64,000 nt of DNA from an uncultured Candidatus Saccharibacteria bacterium (GCA_964402035.1 CAYOAM010000001.1:243558-307557), one strand, 5' to 3'. Positions 1-12,132 are shown, counted from the first letter of the stretch. The notes: a model not told the origin generated them from the letters alone. Translations and numbers: made by a program.

Positions 1-992
1 TTGACACTATTTTGAATCAACGTTTTGAGCCGGCTGCTACGCGTCCCATTTGTATCTATGTAGCTATTGGTCAAAAAGAGTCAAAGACTGCCCGTATAGT
101 AGGTGAACTTAAAGAGGCGGGGGCACTCGACTACACTATTGTCGTATCCACATCAGCAGCTGATCCTGCGGCGCTCCAATTTTTGGCACCATTTGCTGGC
201 GCTGCTATTGGTGAGTATTTTATGGAGAAAGGGAAGGATGCACTGATTGTATATGATGATCTTTCAAAGCATGCAGTAGCGTATCGTCAGATGTCACTAC
301 TCCTTCGTCGTCCACCAGGACGTGAAGCATATCCAGGAGATATCTTTTATTTGCATTCACGACTTTTGGAGCGCGCTGCAAAACTCAACGAAAAGTTGGG
401 TGGAGGGTCGCTCACTGCTCTTCCAATTATTGAGACTCAGGAAGGTGATGTGTCTGCATATATCCCAACAAACGTGATCTCTATTACCGACGGACAGATA
501 TTCCTTGAAACCGATCTCTTTAACAAAGGTATCCGACCAGCACTCAATGTCGGTATCTCGGTTTCTCGTGTGGGCTCCTCAGCTCAGACAAAAGCGATGA
601 AGAAGGTCGCCGGGAAGATCCGACTTGAACTCGCACAGTTCCGTGAACTTGAAGCGTTTATGCAGTTTTCTCAAGATCTTGACGAGGAAACGAAAAATCG
701 TATTGAGAGTGGGCGCAAGTATACGGAACTCCTCAAACAGCAGCAACATCAAACGATGCCATTTTACAAGCAGGTTATTTCACTCTATGGGGCAAACAAT
801 ACACTTCTCGAAGGTGCGCGCGTTGAGCGCGTCCGGGAAATCGAGGATTCTTTCTTGACGTTTATTGAACGAGATCGAGGAGCTATTATGAAGAGTATAG
901 AGGATACTCGCGCAATTGCCGACGACATTGATGCCGAACTTAAAAAAGCAATAACAGATTTTAAGACCTCTTACGCTCAGTTGTACGCATAA
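1..992 (+). CDS. atpA: F0F1 ATP synthase alpha subunit, C-terminal part (5' end outside window)
   Basis: Translation contains [10 protein letters not shown] and the conserved C-terminal helical domain of the alpha subunit. The frame is open to the window edge. It is followed by atpG-atpD-atpC. Confidence 0.9.
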   Translation, partial: DTILNQRFEPAATRPICIYVAIGQKESKTARIVGELKEAGALDYTIVVSTSAADPAALQFLAPFAGAAIGEYFMEKGKDALIVYDDLSKHAVAYRQMSLLLRRPPGREAYPGDIFYLHSRLLERAAKLNEKLGGGSLTALPIIETQEGDVSAYIPTNVISITDGQIFLETDLFNKGIRPALNVGISVSRVGSSAQTKAMKKVAGKIRLELAQFRELEAFMQFSQDLDEETKNRIESGRKYTELLKQQQHQTMPFYKQVISLYGANNTLLEGARVERVREIEDSFLTFIERDRGAIMKSIEDTRAIADDIDAELKKAITDFKTSYAQLYA

Positions 993-995
993 TAT

Positions 996-1904
996 ATGTC
1001 CCTCAAGCATATTAAAAGCAAAATCCGTGCGACTGACCGCACTCGCAAGGTTACCAAAGCTATGGAGGCAGTCTCTGCGGTCAAGATGCGCAAAAGCCAG
1101 GAGCGTGCGCTTTTAAATCGTGCATATGCAGAGGCTGCATTGCGTATACTTTCACATGTGGGCAGTGTCGCTGAAATACAAAAAAGTGCGTACTTGAAAA
1201 AAGAGGGGAGTCGAGACTGCATTGTAGTTGTAACCTCCGACAAGGGACTTGCAGGAAGCCTAAATAGTAGCGTGCTAAAGATGGTTGAACTTCATACCAA
1301 AGGAAAGAATCCTCACGAAGTCACGGCACTGTGTCTTGGTAGAAAGGGATATGAATTTTGTGTACGAAAAGGATTTGATATCGCATTTGAAGCTATCAAT
1401 CTTCGTGATGAAGTATCGATAGAAGATCTCGGTGATGTAGTTGCGAAGGCACTTGCCATCTATCAGTCTGCTGACGTCGGTTCACTGCATGTCATATTTC
1501 AAAACTTTGTAACAACGTTCAGCCAAGAGCCAGCGGTACGTCAGTTGCTACCGCTACAGCAAGAAGTCATTTCGGACATGATAAAAAGTATTATTCCAAA
1601 GCGAGGTCTCTATAGCGATACCAATGTACGCGCCGGTAGTAGTTCATATACGCTTGAGCCACACAGCGAAGCAGTTTTTGACGTGTTGGTGCCTGAGCTT
1701 GTTCATATCTTGCTCTATCATGCGCTGCTTGAGACCAAGGCATCGGAACATTCGGCACGTATGGTTGCGATGAAAAATGCATCCGACAATGCGAAGGAAG
1801 TTTCAAAAGTTCTCACGCTTAAGTTTAATAAGGCACGACAGGCGGTGATCACACGAGAGGTGGCAGAAATAACCGGTGGTATGGAAGCGATGGCTCAAAA
1901 ATAA
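996..1904 (+). CDS. atpG: F0F1 ATP synthase gamma subunit
   Basis: N-terminus MSLKHIKSKIRATDRTRKVTKAMEAVSAVKMRK is the typical gamma N-terminal helix. C-terminal ARQAVITREVAEITGG motif. Lies between atpA and atpD. Confidence 0.85.
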   Translation: MSLKHIKSKIRATDRTRKVTKAMEAVSAVKMRKSQERALLNRAYAEAALRILSHVGSVAEIQKSAYLKKEGSRDCIVVVTSDKGLAGSLNSSVLKMVELHTKGKNPHEVTALCLGRKGYEFCVRKGFDIAFEAINLRDEVSIEDLGDVVAKALAIYQSADVGSLHVIFQNFVTTFSQEPAVRQLLPLQQEVISDMIKSIIPKRGLYSDTNVRAGSSSYTLEPHSEAVFDVLVPELVHILLYHALLETKASEHSARMVAMKNASDNAKEVSKVLTLKFNKARQAVITREVAEITGGMEAMAQK

Positions 1905-1905
1905 T

Positions 1906-2142
1906 ATGGAGCATATATTTACCATATTTCCCATTGAATACATGATAGCGCTTGCTGCGTTGTTGTTTGTGCTACTTTTGATTGAGCTGTATGACCGCTC
2001 AAAGACCGTGGAGCTTTCAGAACTCCGCACCAGAGCGGAGAGTTTCAAATTGCGCCCCAATCCAGAGACCAGTTGGATGTTACTTTTTCTTTTGGTAGTA
2101 TTGTTTGTTCTTATTCCCACTATTCTCTATCTGATGTTGTAG
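1906..2142 (+). CDS. small 2-TM hypothetical membrane protein inserted between atpG and atpD (alternative start 1876)
   Basis: ORF track 1876..2142. An internal ATG at 1906 avoids overlap with atpG. Two hydrophobic helices (IALAALLFVLLLIEL; WMLLFLLVVLFVLIPTILYL). Confidence 0.35.
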   Translation: MEHIFTIFPIEYMIALAALLFVLLLIELYDRSKTVELSELRTRAESFKLRPNPETSWMLLFLLVVLFVLIPTILYLML

Positions 2143-3787
<1,645 letters not shown>

Positions 3788-3844
3788 GTACTGTCGTGTT
3801 GTGTTTCCGTAGTACACAGTCTGTACGTTTGATTGTTAGTGTGG

Positions 3845-3853
3845 TGGTATACT
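3845..3853 (+). promoter_or_regulatory. extended -10 element TGGTATACT upstream of the DUF378 gene
   Basis: TGn-TATACT motif about 50 nt upstream of the ATG at 3904. The same 9-mer recurs at 4198-4206. Confidence 0.4.
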
Positions 3854-3903
3854 GTACCTAGGTAGTTGTCTGGTCTATTTATTTATAGTTATATAAAATT
3901 TCT

Positions 3904-4146
3904 ATGCACAACAAAACGGTACACATGATCACGTTTTTATTACTGGTAGTGGGAGGTCTCAATTGGCTCTTGGTGGGAGTATTTGGTTACAATCTTGTTG
4001 AAATGTTGCTCGGTGGTATATCAGAAATGGCTGTTCGTGCGGTGTATGTGCTTGTCGGTCTTTCTGCCATTTATGAACTCGCTATACATAAAGGCAGTTG
4101 TACTATGTGTGGAGCTGGATCAAACAGCACTCCGAGTGGCATGTAG
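3904..4146 (+). CDS. DUF378-family small membrane protein
   Basis: GGLNWLLVGVFGYNLVE matches the GLNWGLVG signature of DUF378/YuzA-like proteins. Two TM helices. Confidence 0.5.
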   Translation: MHNKTVHMITFLLLVVGGLNWLLVGVFGYNLVEMLLGGISEMAVRAVYVLVGLSAIYELAIHKGSCTMCGAGSNSTPSGM

Positions 4147-4160
4147 TCAGTATGCTGATA

Positions 4161-4192
4161 AAAAACAATCACCTGACGGTGGTTGTTTTTTT
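4161..4192 (+). terminator. rho-independent terminator after the DUF378 gene
   Basis: aacaatcacc-tgac-ggtggttgtt hairpin (one G-U wobble) followed by a T-run. Confidence 0.6.
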
Positions 4193-4197
4193 GTGCG

Positions 4198-4206
4198 TGG
4201 TATACT
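4198..4206 (+). promoter_or_regulatory. extended -10 element TGGTATACT upstream of the DUF1993 gene
   Basis: Identical TGGTATACT 9-mer, 28 nt upstream of the ATG at 4235. Confidence 0.4.
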
Positions 4207-4234
4207 GGTCCTTCATCAATAACTTCTTCTTTAT

Positions 4235-4759
4235 ATGAAAACACCATATTTTGAAATGACCGTTCCCGTCTTCATCAAAGCACTCACGAATATTGACCAC
4301 CTACTCACGCAGTCGGAGAAATTTGCAGCGGAGAAGGGTATCTCAGAAAGTGAATTTCTCTCTTCTCGGTTAGCTCCCGATATGTTTCCACTGTTGAAAC
4401 AAGTACAGGTGGTTACTGACAATGCAAAAGGGGCGGCAGCACGACTCGCAGGTGTGGAGATACCAACGATGACGGATGAAGAAGTCTCGTTTGCAGACCT
4501 TCATGCGCGTATTGTAGCGACGATTGCATTTCTCAAGACATTGAAATCTGAACAGTTTGAAGACGCTGCAACACGCAAGATTCATATTAAGTATTTTCCG
4601 GGTAAACATTTTCTTGGGCACGGGTATCTTGCCGAGTACGCACTACCAAATTTCTATTTCCACTTTGTCACGATATACGCGATCTTGCGTATGAAAGGAC
4701 TCACTATTGGAAAAGCCGACTATATGGGTGGTTTACCGTTACAGGAAGGCTCTCTATAG
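4235..4759 (+). CDS. DUF1993-family protein
   Basis: N-terminus MTVPVFIKALTNIDHLL is characteristic of DUF1993. About 170 aa. Confidence 0.5.
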   Translation: MKTPYFEMTVPVFIKALTNIDHLLTQSEKFAAEKGISESEFLSSRLAPDMFPLLKQVQVVTDNAKGAAARLAGVEIPTMTDEEVSFADLHARIVATIAFLKTLKSEQFEDAATRKIHIKYFPGKHFLGHGYLAEYALPNFYFHFVTIYAILRMKGLTIGKADYMGGLPLQEGSL

Positions 4760-4799
4760 CGCAGAGCAAACTCACACTATGAACCCCGTAAAGACCAGT

Positions 4800-5807
4800 T
4801 TATAGCGTGTAGTGTCCGTCCTGGTATATAGGCATCTCGTTTACTGTCACCGAGGTCACCGCAGGAAATAAATCTATATGGAACTTTGTTTTGTGTGACG
4901 CGATACCAGTTTTTTTGTACACATTGTGTTTTTCACCAAGTGATACATGCATGCCGTACATCCGCTCAAAAGCAGTGATATCTTGTAGCGGTCGTTCTTT
5001 GGTAATGGCACGATTAAGTCCAAATCCTATTTCTCGGATCAGTGGTCGTTCGCTTGCCGAAACAAGCTTAACGATTTCTATAAATGAATCGGGCGTGTTT
5101 TCGCTCCATCCGACAACGAGACCTTTTTCGATATCAATGCGAAATGGTTCGTGAAAAGAAATTTTAAACTCAGAATCAGCATATGCAAAAAGCATCAATG
5201 ATCCATTCATTGAGGTAAACTCTTTTGCTTCGGTAAATACTTCTCCTATCGGAAACGTACCACCAATGTTAGGTACGTTTCTGTAGTCGCCCACATTGAG
5301 TTTTGTAAGCTCAAGCCTTCCGTCAATGTTCAATTGAGTATTTTCACCGGTGATGGTAAGCATTGTTGCGTTGTCTAATAGTGATGCAAGTTTTGGTCCC
5401 ATCGTGCGATACCAGTATGAATCATACGCAAGAGCATCAATATACACGTCCCATACATCCTCATTGTTTCGTGCAAGATGTACATGCTCGATCACTTTTA
5501 ATTGTTTTACAAAGAGTCGTAGGCGAATGCGAAAGGCATTAAGCTTAAAATTCCCTGATTGAATCAGTATAACTAAATCGTGTGGTGCGAGCGTTGAAAA
5601 CAATGCCAAGATAGCATCCTGAGTAGTTCGGTTAAAATCTACATAGTGTGCATGAGGGAGGATTGACCGATACGCCTCGGTTAAGAGACATGAAAGTCCA
5701 GAATCAGTGTCGTACACAATGACTGCTTTTTGTTTCTCGGTGTATCCTATAGATAGCGAGAGTATGTCACGCAGATGCGCGCTGGCCATTGCTATCTGTG
5801 TGTCCAT
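4800..5807 (-). CDS. M29 (aminopeptidase T/AmpS)-like aminopeptidase, short form
   Basis: C-terminal half NIGGTFPIGEVFTE...HVSLGEKH...FHIDLF resembles the GGEVFTAP...HIALG...HWDL motifs of the M29 family. This is a low-confidence family call. Confidence 0.4.
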   Translation of the reverse strand: MDTQIAMASAHLRDILSLSIGYTEKQKAVIVYDTDSGLSCLLTEAYRSILPHAHYVDFNRTTQDAILALFSTLAPHDLVILIQSGNFKLNAFRIRLRLFVKQLKVIEHVHLARNNEDVWDVYIDALAYDSYWYRTMGPKLASLLDNATMLTITGENTQLNIDGRLELTKLNVGDYRNVPNIGGTFPIGEVFTEAKEFTSMNGSLMLFAYADSEFKISFHEPFRIDIEKGLVVGWSENTPDSFIEIVKLVSASERPLIREIGFGLNRAITKERPLQDITAFERMYGMHVSLGEKHNVYKKTGIASHKTKFHIDLFPAVTSVTVNEMPIYQDGHYTL

Positions 5808-5871
5808 GGTATGAGACTATCGAGAAATAGCTAAAACAGCAACTATCTGTACAAAGAAGTGCATTTGAACA

Positions 5872-7719
5872 GTGACTCCCACTGCGGTACACTGCACAGC
5901 TACTATGTCACATTCCGTAACAAAATATCTAGAAGACCTCAATCATACGTACCATACCCTTCATAAGACCTATGAAGAGCTATTTTGGATCTCATACATG
6001 GGGGATCATTCTGTAGATAGTCGTATGCAAAAGGCTCTGGTTGCACGCGATGCATTTCGTGCTGATCAGCAAAATTTGCTGAGAGTTCGCTCATGTATGG
6101 AAACAGCCACAGATTCCGAAAAAGAACGTCTTCATGTATGGGAAGCTTTTTTTAAACACTATCAAGCGCCAAAAGCAGCACTTAAAACGCAACAAAAGAT
6201 TCACGAGATGGAATCTAAGCTTCTCAAGAAGCGCTCAGAAAGAAAAGAAGGGTATGTGGATCCATACACGAAAAAATTTGTCGTAGCTTCCGCCCTCAAA
6301 ATGCGTGCGATGATGGATACGCATGATGATGAAAAAGTTCGTAAGGCGTGTTTTGAAGCACGAGAAAATCTTGCCGTGGGACTTCTCGATGAATATATTG
6401 AAGTCGTAGCTCTGCGTAATCAATATGCACGTGAGATGGGCTACAGTGACTTTTACGATTTTAAACTGCGGCGTGAAGATGGCATGACAAAAGAAGAACT
6501 ATTTTCACTATTTGATACTATTTATACAAAAACAAAACCGGCTCTTGAAAAAATAAGAATTCTAGAAAAGAAGATGCCAGGTCTGCGCAAGCCGTGGAAT
6601 TTTGGCTACATGCTTTCGGGAGATTTTACAAAAGAAGAAGATCCCTATTTTCAGTTTGAAGATGCTTTATTGCGTTGGGGGAAATCATTTACTGCTCTAG
6701 GTATTGATTTTAGGGGAAGTACGCTCACACTTGATCTCTTGGATCGAAAAGGGAAGTGGAGCAATGGCTTTTGTCATTGGCCAGATCTCATTACCTATAA
6801 GAAGGATACACGACTATCAGGCAGTTCAAATTTCACGTGCAATCTGGTCAATGGACAAGTTGGATCAGGTGTCCTAGGGTACAACACACTGTTTCATGAG
6901 GGAGGGCATGCTGCACATCTTTTGAATTCGGATGAGGGTGAAGTGGTCATGAATCAAGAATATGCGCCGCTTTCTATGTCGTGGGCTGAAACACAGAGTA
7001 TGTTTCTCGACACACTCTTTGATGGCATTGAGTGGCGAACGCGATATGCACAAGATGCGAAAGGCAAATCGTATCCGTTTTCACTCTACGAGCGGAAGCT
7101 ACAAAAAACACATGTTGTTCAAGCGCTAGAACTATCCCCGATCATTTTTGTAGCTAACTACGAGCGAGAGATATATGAAACTAAAACCTTGACTCGAGAC
7201 AAGGTTTTAAGCATTGCTCGCAAAAACTATAGAAAATACTATGATCTGAAAGGGGATTCATTACGAGCACTTATGGTTCCGCACATCTACTCATGGGAGA
7301 GTTCTGCGTCCTATCACGGGTATGGCCTAGCGACTCTTGCGCTCTATCAGTGGCGTGAATATTTTTACAAAAAGTACGGTCATATCGTGGATAATCCTAA
7401 GGTTGGACATGAGATGAAGGAAGTTTGGAAGTATGGCGCCAAGTACACGTTTCCTGAATTTGTGCGCATTGCGACAGGGAAAAAATTGAGTGCGCATGCA
7501 TATCTGCGCGAAGTTACTGCATCACTTCCGAAGACTGTATCGCGAGCACGTGAGAGAGTAGAGAATGTTTCAAAGTTACCGATTTCAAAAGTAGTTACTT
7601 TGGATGCAACTATTCGTATGGTGCATGGAAAGAAAGAGATCGCGAATAGCAAGAAAGGTTTTGAAACGATGGCAAAGATGTATGCTGTGTGGTTGCAAAA
7701 AGAGAAAGAATCTTTATGA
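5872..7719 (+). CDS. M3-family oligoendopeptidase (PepF-like)
   Basis: HEGGHAAH zinc-binding HExxH motif in a roughly 600-aa protein with M3/PepF-like architecture. The true start may be an internal Met. Confidence 0.75.
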   Translation: MTPTAVHCTATMSHSVTKYLEDLNHTYHTLHKTYEELFWISYMGDHSVDSRMQKALVARDAFRADQQNLLRVRSCMETATDSEKERLHVWEAFFKHYQAPKAALKTQQKIHEMESKLLKKRSERKEGYVDPYTKKFVVASALKMRAMMDTHDDEKVRKACFEARENLAVGLLDEYIEVVALRNQYAREMGYSDFYDFKLRREDGMTKEELFSLFDTIYTKTKPALEKIRILEKKMPGLRKPWNFGYMLSGDFTKEEDPYFQFEDALLRWGKSFTALGIDFRGSTLTLDLLDRKGKWSNGFCHWPDLITYKKDTRLSGSSNFTCNLVNGQVGSGVLGYNTLFHEGGHAAHLLNSDEGEVVMNQEYAPLSMSWAETQSMFLDTLFDGIEWRTRYAQDAKGKSYPFSLYERKLQKTHVVQALELSPIIFVANYEREIYETKTLTRDKVLSIARKNYRKYYDLKGDSLRALMVPHIYSWESSASYHGYGLATLALYQWREYFYKKYGHIVDNPKVGHEMKEVWKYGAKYTFPEFVRIATGKKLSAHAYLREVTASLPKTVSRARERVENVSKLPISKVVTLDATIRMVHGKKEIANSKKGFETMAKMYAVWLQKEKESL

Positions 7720-8456
7720 AAATCATGTCACTCAATGTCTGGAGTGGGAGAAACTCGGCGGCTCTCTATCCATTTCTTGAAAAATATAAGGATGAAGTTG
7801 ATGTCTTCTGTTTTCAAGAAGTTTTTCGAGAGGCTCATGAGAAAGAAAAAGACTGGCTCGATAATACGGTACTCGACTTACATGAACAAATGCAGAATAT
7901 ACTTACTGGCTATCAGTTTTTCTATCACCCACATTTTGATACGTATTGGGGTCTGTCAATGTTTGTGCGCAAAGAAATTTTTGTGCATGCCCACGGTGAT
8001 ATATTCGTACACAAAGCGATAGGATATAACCCTGAGAGAGAAGCTGCAGGGCATACTGCAAAAAACGTTGAGTATGTTGAGATCGCGCATGGAGAGAAAA
8101 GGATCACCATCTGCAATTTCCATGGACTGTGGAATGGTCAAGGAAAGACTGATACGGAAGATAGGATTACTCAATCAAAAAATATAGTCAATTTCCTTAA
8201 AACGCTTGATTCAGAGGTTATATTTTGTGGAGATCTCAATCTGCGGCCAGAAACGGAAAGCATGAAAATACTTGAAGCAAGTGGTCTACAAAATCTCATC
8301 ATTGAATACGGCGTAACTTCCACGCGCACATCGTTGTATAAGAAACCCGAAAAGTACGCCGACTACATCCTTGTTTCAAAGGGAATCCATGTGAAAGATT
8401 TTGCAGTATTGCCAGATGAAGTGTCTGATCATGCTGCACTGCTGCTTGAGATATAG
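7716..8456 (+). CDS. endonuclease/exonuclease/phosphatase (EEP) family protein
   Basis: [12 protein letters not shown]-terminus and C-terminal [10 protein letters not shown] are typical of the EEP fold. An ATGA overlap couples it to the upstream gene. Confidence 0.7.
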   Translation: MKIMSLNVWSGRNSAALYPFLEKYKDEVDVFCFQEVFREAHEKEKDWLDNTVLDLHEQMQNILTGYQFFYHPHFDTYWGLSMFVRKEIFVHAHGDIFVHKAIGYNPEREAAGHTAKNVEYVEIAHGEKRITICNFHGLWNGQGKTDTEDRITQSKNIVNFLKTLDSEVIFCGDLNLRPETESMKILEASGLQNLIIEYGVTSTRTSLYKKPEKYADYILVSKGIHVKDFAVLPDEVSDHAALLLEI

Positions 8457-8458
8457 AA

Positions 8459-8492
8459 AATCCCCGCGAGCGCTTGCGCACCTGCGGGGATT
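8459..8492. terminator. bidirectional intrinsic terminator hairpin between convergent genes
   Basis: aatccccgc...gcggggatt 9-bp GC-rich stem with a palindromic loop. It is T-rich on the minus strand and sits between the + EEP gene and the - ORF 8497..8787. Confidence 0.6.
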
Positions 8493-8496
8493 CAGT

Positions 8497-8787
8497 TCAT
8501 GATCGGAACGCCTCAATTAGCATAAGGGTTCCTGGCACCGGATGCGTGTTGTACTGGTCTGAAAATGCCAGAAGTTCGCACGCTCTCAGTGCTGAAGTAT
8601 GTCTGTTTCCGAGAACACTCACTCTGTCCCAGTTGCACAACCGTACAACCGTGTCAGGATGCTCTCGCATGAGACGGGTCACCTTGTCGTGCAAAAAATG
8701 GATGTGCCCGTCATTCAGGTCAACTTCCTCGGTGTACATTTGAGGCTCCGTCGTGGGAACCCCTCCAATTACTATTATACCATGCAT
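8497..8787 (-). CDS. hypothetical protein (possible gene remnant)
   Basis: 96-aa ORF in a locally GC-richer segment. No N-terminal extension is possible because of an in-frame stop upstream. No recognisable domain. Confidence 0.25.
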   Translation of the reverse strand: MHGIIVIGGVPTTEPQMYTEEVDLNDGHIHFLHDKVTRLMREHPDTVVRLCNWDRVSVLGNRHTSALRACELLAFSDQYNTHPVPGTLMLIEAFRS

Positions 8788-8886
8788 ATTATATATTGTA
8801 TATAGTCTCCGGTATGGCTAAAAACAAGGCCCATTTGTCCAGTGTTTTCTGTTGGAGGAAAGTAACGTACTTGATACAATGCGAGC

Positions 8887-9123
8887 ATGCTCAAAAATTT
8901 CTTCCTGAAGAAGATGCTTCAGATGCAGACCAAAAACCTACCCAAAGATCAGCAGGAACAAGTCATGATGATGCTTGAAAAAGACCCTGATCTTTTTATG
9001 AAAATAGCAACCGAAGTACAAGAAGAAATGAAAAAAGGGAAGGATCAAATGAGTGCTGCGATGGTTGTGATGCCAAAGTATCAAGCTCGATTAAAAGAGC
9101 TCATGGGTGAGCCAAAAAAATAA
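8887..9123 (+). CDS. small hypothetical protein, Met/Gln/Lys-rich
   Basis: 78-aa ORF 2 nt upstream of the flavodoxin-like gene, probably co-transcribed with it. Confidence 0.4.
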   Translation: MLKNFFLKKMLQMQTKNLPKDQQEQVMMMLEKDPDLFMKIATEVQEEMKKGKDQMSAAMVVMPKYQARLKELMGEPKK

Positions 9124-9125
9124 TA

Positions 9126-9701
9126 ATGAAAAAAATACTTGTTCTTTTAGGAAACCCCGACTCTGAATCGTTTTCAAGTAAGGTCGCAACTGCCTATGAA
9201 GATGCTGCACGTACGGCTGGTCATGAAGTGCAGCGTTTTAATGTCAACGATCTAAAGTTTGATCCTATTTTACATAAGGGATACAAAGCCATACAACCAC
9301 TTGAACCAGATTTGGTAAAAATTCAGGAAGTGTGGAATTGGGCGGATCACGTCGTGATTGTGTATCCAAACTGGTGGTGCACTATGCCTGCAGTACTCAA
9401 GGGTATGTTTGATCGCATGTTTCTCCCGGGATTTGCATTTAATTTTGACAAGCAGACAAAAAAGCTTATCCAGCGCTTGAAAGGGAAGACAGCGCGCGTC
9501 ATCGTCCTTGCAGGAACACACAGTCCTTTTATGACATGGCTCAAGTTTGGAGATTTTACGAATGAAATCCAGTTCGGCATCCTTGGTTTTGCAGGTATGA
9601 AGGCAAAGGTATCTGCCTTTGGTCCCTGCGATCGTGTCAGTGAAGCAGTGCGACAAAAATGGATAGCAAAAGTCGCTGGATTTGGAACGAAGGGTATATA
9701 A
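9126..9701 (+). CDS. flavodoxin-like fold NAD(P)H-dependent oxidoreductase (Flavodoxin_2/MdaB-like)
   Basis: MKKILVLLGNPDSESFSSKVA N-terminus and overall similarity to NAD(P)H dehydrogenase (quinone)/GSP14 family. Confidence 0.7.
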   Translation: MKKILVLLGNPDSESFSSKVATAYEDAARTAGHEVQRFNVNDLKFDPILHKGYKAIQPLEPDLVKIQEVWNWADHVVIVYPNWWCTMPAVLKGMFDRMFLPGFAFNFDKQTKKLIQRLKGKTARVIVLAGTHSPFMTWLKFGDFTNEIQFGILGFAGMKAKVSAFGPCDRVSEAVRQKWIAKVAGFGTKGI

Positions 9702-9727
9702 AAAATACGCAGCTCATCAAGATGATG

Positions 9728-9967
9728 TCACTGCGTACGGGCGTGTTTTGGATGAAACGACGCCTTGAGGCCACCGACGCCGTGCGATGAGAGATATCTG
9801 CGCCAACCGTCAATCTCTTCGGCTGAAATATTGTAAATGTCTTTCAGTTGGTCAGTGGTCACACGACCCGCGTCTAGAACACTCAATACCCTCTCTTTGA
9901 TCTTAGGTCTCCAGCGCCTAGTATTACGCGGAGGTAGACAGAACTTGGCTATCTCGTCATCGGTCAT
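9728..9967 (-). CDS. DUF1153 domain protein (IS3 OrfA-like HTH)
   Basis: MTDDEIAKFCLPPRNTRRW...LSAEEIDGWRRYLSSHGVGGLKA matches the DUF1153 consensus. Start chosen at the internal MTDDE Met; the track ORF starts at 10042. Confidence 0.55.
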   Translation of the reverse strand: MTDDEIAKFCLPPRNTRRWRPKIKERVLSVLDAGRVTTDQLKDIYNISAEEIDGWRRYLSSHGVGGLKASFHPKHARTQ

Positions 9968-10044
9968 GCTGTCTCCTTGCAAAAAACCAACAAGCACTAT
10001 ACGATACGGTATCAATTTTGTCCATATAATTTTACATATCATTC

Positions 10045-11145
10045 ATGGCGCGTATCAGTGTTGGCATCGTCGGACTTCCAAATGTTGGCAAATCAACGCT
10101 TTTTAATGCACTCACGCGTAGCAGTGTACCCGCAGCCAACTACCCGTTTTGTACGATAGACCCCTCCGTGGGTGTTGTTGCAGTACCTGACCCACGCCTT
10201 GCAAGTCTTTCTAAAATTTCTGGATCGGAAAAAATCATCCCTGCTATTGTTGAGTTTGTTGATATTGCTGGACTCGTGAAGGGTGCATCGACTGGGGAAG
10301 GGTTGGGGAATCAATTCCTCGCCAATATCCGCGAGACCGACATGATTGCTGAAGTTGTTCGCATCTTTGAAGATCAGGACATCATCCATGTCGCAGGAGA
10401 AGTACGACCACTTTCCGATATTGAAGTCATAAACATAGAACTTATTCTTGCTGATACAGAAACTGTAGGAAAGCGATTAGGAACACTAGTGCACGATGCG
10501 AAGCGCAATGATCTTCAGGCCCTCAAGGAATTGCCGGTGATGGAAAAAGTCATGGCGCATCTTGAAGCAGGAAAACTTATCAGTACTCTTGGTCTCAATG
10601 AGGATGAACAGAAAATAATATACGGACTTCATCTTTTGACTGCAAAATCGATACTCTATATTTTGAACAAAAAGAATGGAGCTTTTAACCTCGATGAACA
10701 AAATGATCCACGTTGGGAAGAGCTAAAAGATTTTCTTGATAGCACTGGTGCGCAGTATGTCATGGTAGATGCAGGCATTGAACACGAGCTTAAGGATCTT
10801 GAAGAAAATGAGAAACTTGAGTTTAGGCGAGAGTACGCCACACTTGATTCGGGTATCGATACCTTGATCCGCGCCTGCTATGAAAAATTAGGACTGATTT
10901 CCTATTTTACGACAGGAGAAAAAGAGACTCGAGCATGGACAACGCCAAAAAATTCAACAGCACCAATTGCAGGGACCGCCATACACACTGATTTTAAAGA
11001 TAAATTTATTCGCGCGCAGGTTGTCGCTTATGAAGATCTCGTTCGTGTAGGTAGTATCGCAGCAGCACGTGAACAAGGAAAACTGCGCACCGAAGGCAAG
11101 GAGTATATCGTGAAAGACGGGGACGTGATTGAGTTTATGATTTAG
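10045..11145 (+). CDS. ychF: ribosome-binding ATPase YchF
   Basis: GIVGLPNVGKSTLFNALT P-loop, a TGS domain at the C-terminus, and full-length similarity to YchF/Ola1. Confidence 0.95.
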   Translation: MARISVGIVGLPNVGKSTLFNALTRSSVPAANYPFCTIDPSVGVVAVPDPRLASLSKISGSEKIIPAIVEFVDIAGLVKGASTGEGLGNQFLANIRETDMIAEVVRIFEDQDIIHVAGEVRPLSDIEVINIELILADTETVGKRLGTLVHDAKRNDLQALKELPVMEKVMAHLEAGKLISTLGLNEDEQKIIYGLHLLTAKSILYILNKKNGAFNLDEQNDPRWEELKDFLDSTGAQYVMVDAGIEHELKDLEENEKLEFRREYATLDSGIDTLIRACYEKLGLISYFTTGEKETRAWTTPKNSTAPIAGTAIHTDFKDKFIRAQVVAYEDLVRVGSIAAAREQGKLRTEGKEYIVKDGDVIEFMI

Positions 11146-11411
11146 TCGTTTTCTCTATGGTGAGCTCTACCAACAAGTTCACCCCATTCTGCTTCAACAT
11201 TGAGACCTACTTCGCAGTCACAACCGGCTCCATTGCGCCCGAGCCACGTAAGAGTTTTGTCGACTTCTAGATTATTACTTTTCAAAAAATCAATTGTTTT
11301 TTCAAATGTATGATTACAATTTCGGACAGTATCAATAAAGTCAAAAAGTAATTTCAATGACTCTTTAGAAATAGGTGGTAAATCTTTATGTTGACTAAAC
11401 GCGTCAGTCAT
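11142..11411 (-). CDS. hypothetical protein
   Basis: 89-aa ORF convergent with ychF with a 4-nt overlap. No recognisable domain. Confidence 0.3.
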   Translation of the reverse strand: MTDAFSQHKDLPPISKESLKLLFDFIDTVRNCNHTFEKTIDFLKSNNLEVDKTLTWLGRNGAGCDCEVGLNVEAEWGELVGRAHHREND

Positions 11412-11457
11412 ATTGTGAATACTATATCATATAATGACAATGATACACTGAAACAAT

Positions 11458-12069
11458 ATGCGATATTTCTTGCCTGTTTTATTGTGTGTTGTCCTGTTTC
11501 TACTCGCCTATATTTTCTGGCCAACTTCACACACAGTAAAAAACTACCCTTCGAGTGGGACTTCTGTCGTCGCTTTTGGAGATAGTCTCGTTTCTGGTGT
11601 AGGGTCGACCCTGGGTGGCGGCTTTGTTTCTATATTGGAAAAAGAAATCGGTGTGCCGATTATTAACCTTGGAAAGAGTGGTGATACCACGGAAGATGGC
11701 TTAGCTCGAATGGAAAGTATTAAAGACACCCATCCAAAAGTGGTGATGCTCCTGCTTGGAGGCAATGATTATTTGCGCAAGATCCCTCAGGCGACGACAC
11801 GCACAAACTTGGCAAAAATCATAGAGGAGATACAAGGGCAGGGCGCGATAGTGGTGCTCTTGGGTGTAAGAGGAGGAGTGCTCCAAGATAATTTCTCCGA
11901 TATGTATGAAGAGCTTGCAGATACCTACGAAACGGCCTATGTTTCAAACGTCCTCGAGGGATTGTTTGCGCGAGATGCTTTTATGAGCGGCGCCATACAC
12001 CCAAATGACGCAGGTTATGAAAAGATCGCAGAACGTATCGCTCCTGTACTCGCTGAGCTCTTAAAATAG
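11458..12069 (+). CDS. SGNH/GDSL hydrolase family protein
   Basis: Block I VVAFGDSLVSG, block III GGNDY and block V GAIHPND. N-terminal signal/TM segment. Confidence 0.75.
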   Translation: MRYFLPVLLCVVLFLLAYIFWPTSHTVKNYPSSGTSVVAFGDSLVSGVGSTLGGGFVSILEKEIGVPIINLGKSGDTTEDGLARMESIKDTHPKVVMLLLGGNDYLRKIPQATTRTNLAKIIEEIQGQGAIVVLLGVRGGVLQDNFSDMYEELADTYETAYVSNVLEGLFARDAFMSGAIHPNDAGYEKIAERIAPVLAELLK

Positions 12070-12132
12070 CGACATGGTTGTGGGGTATTGTACACTTTAC
12101 CCAAAGGTACTTTTGTCGCATAATCTATTGAT

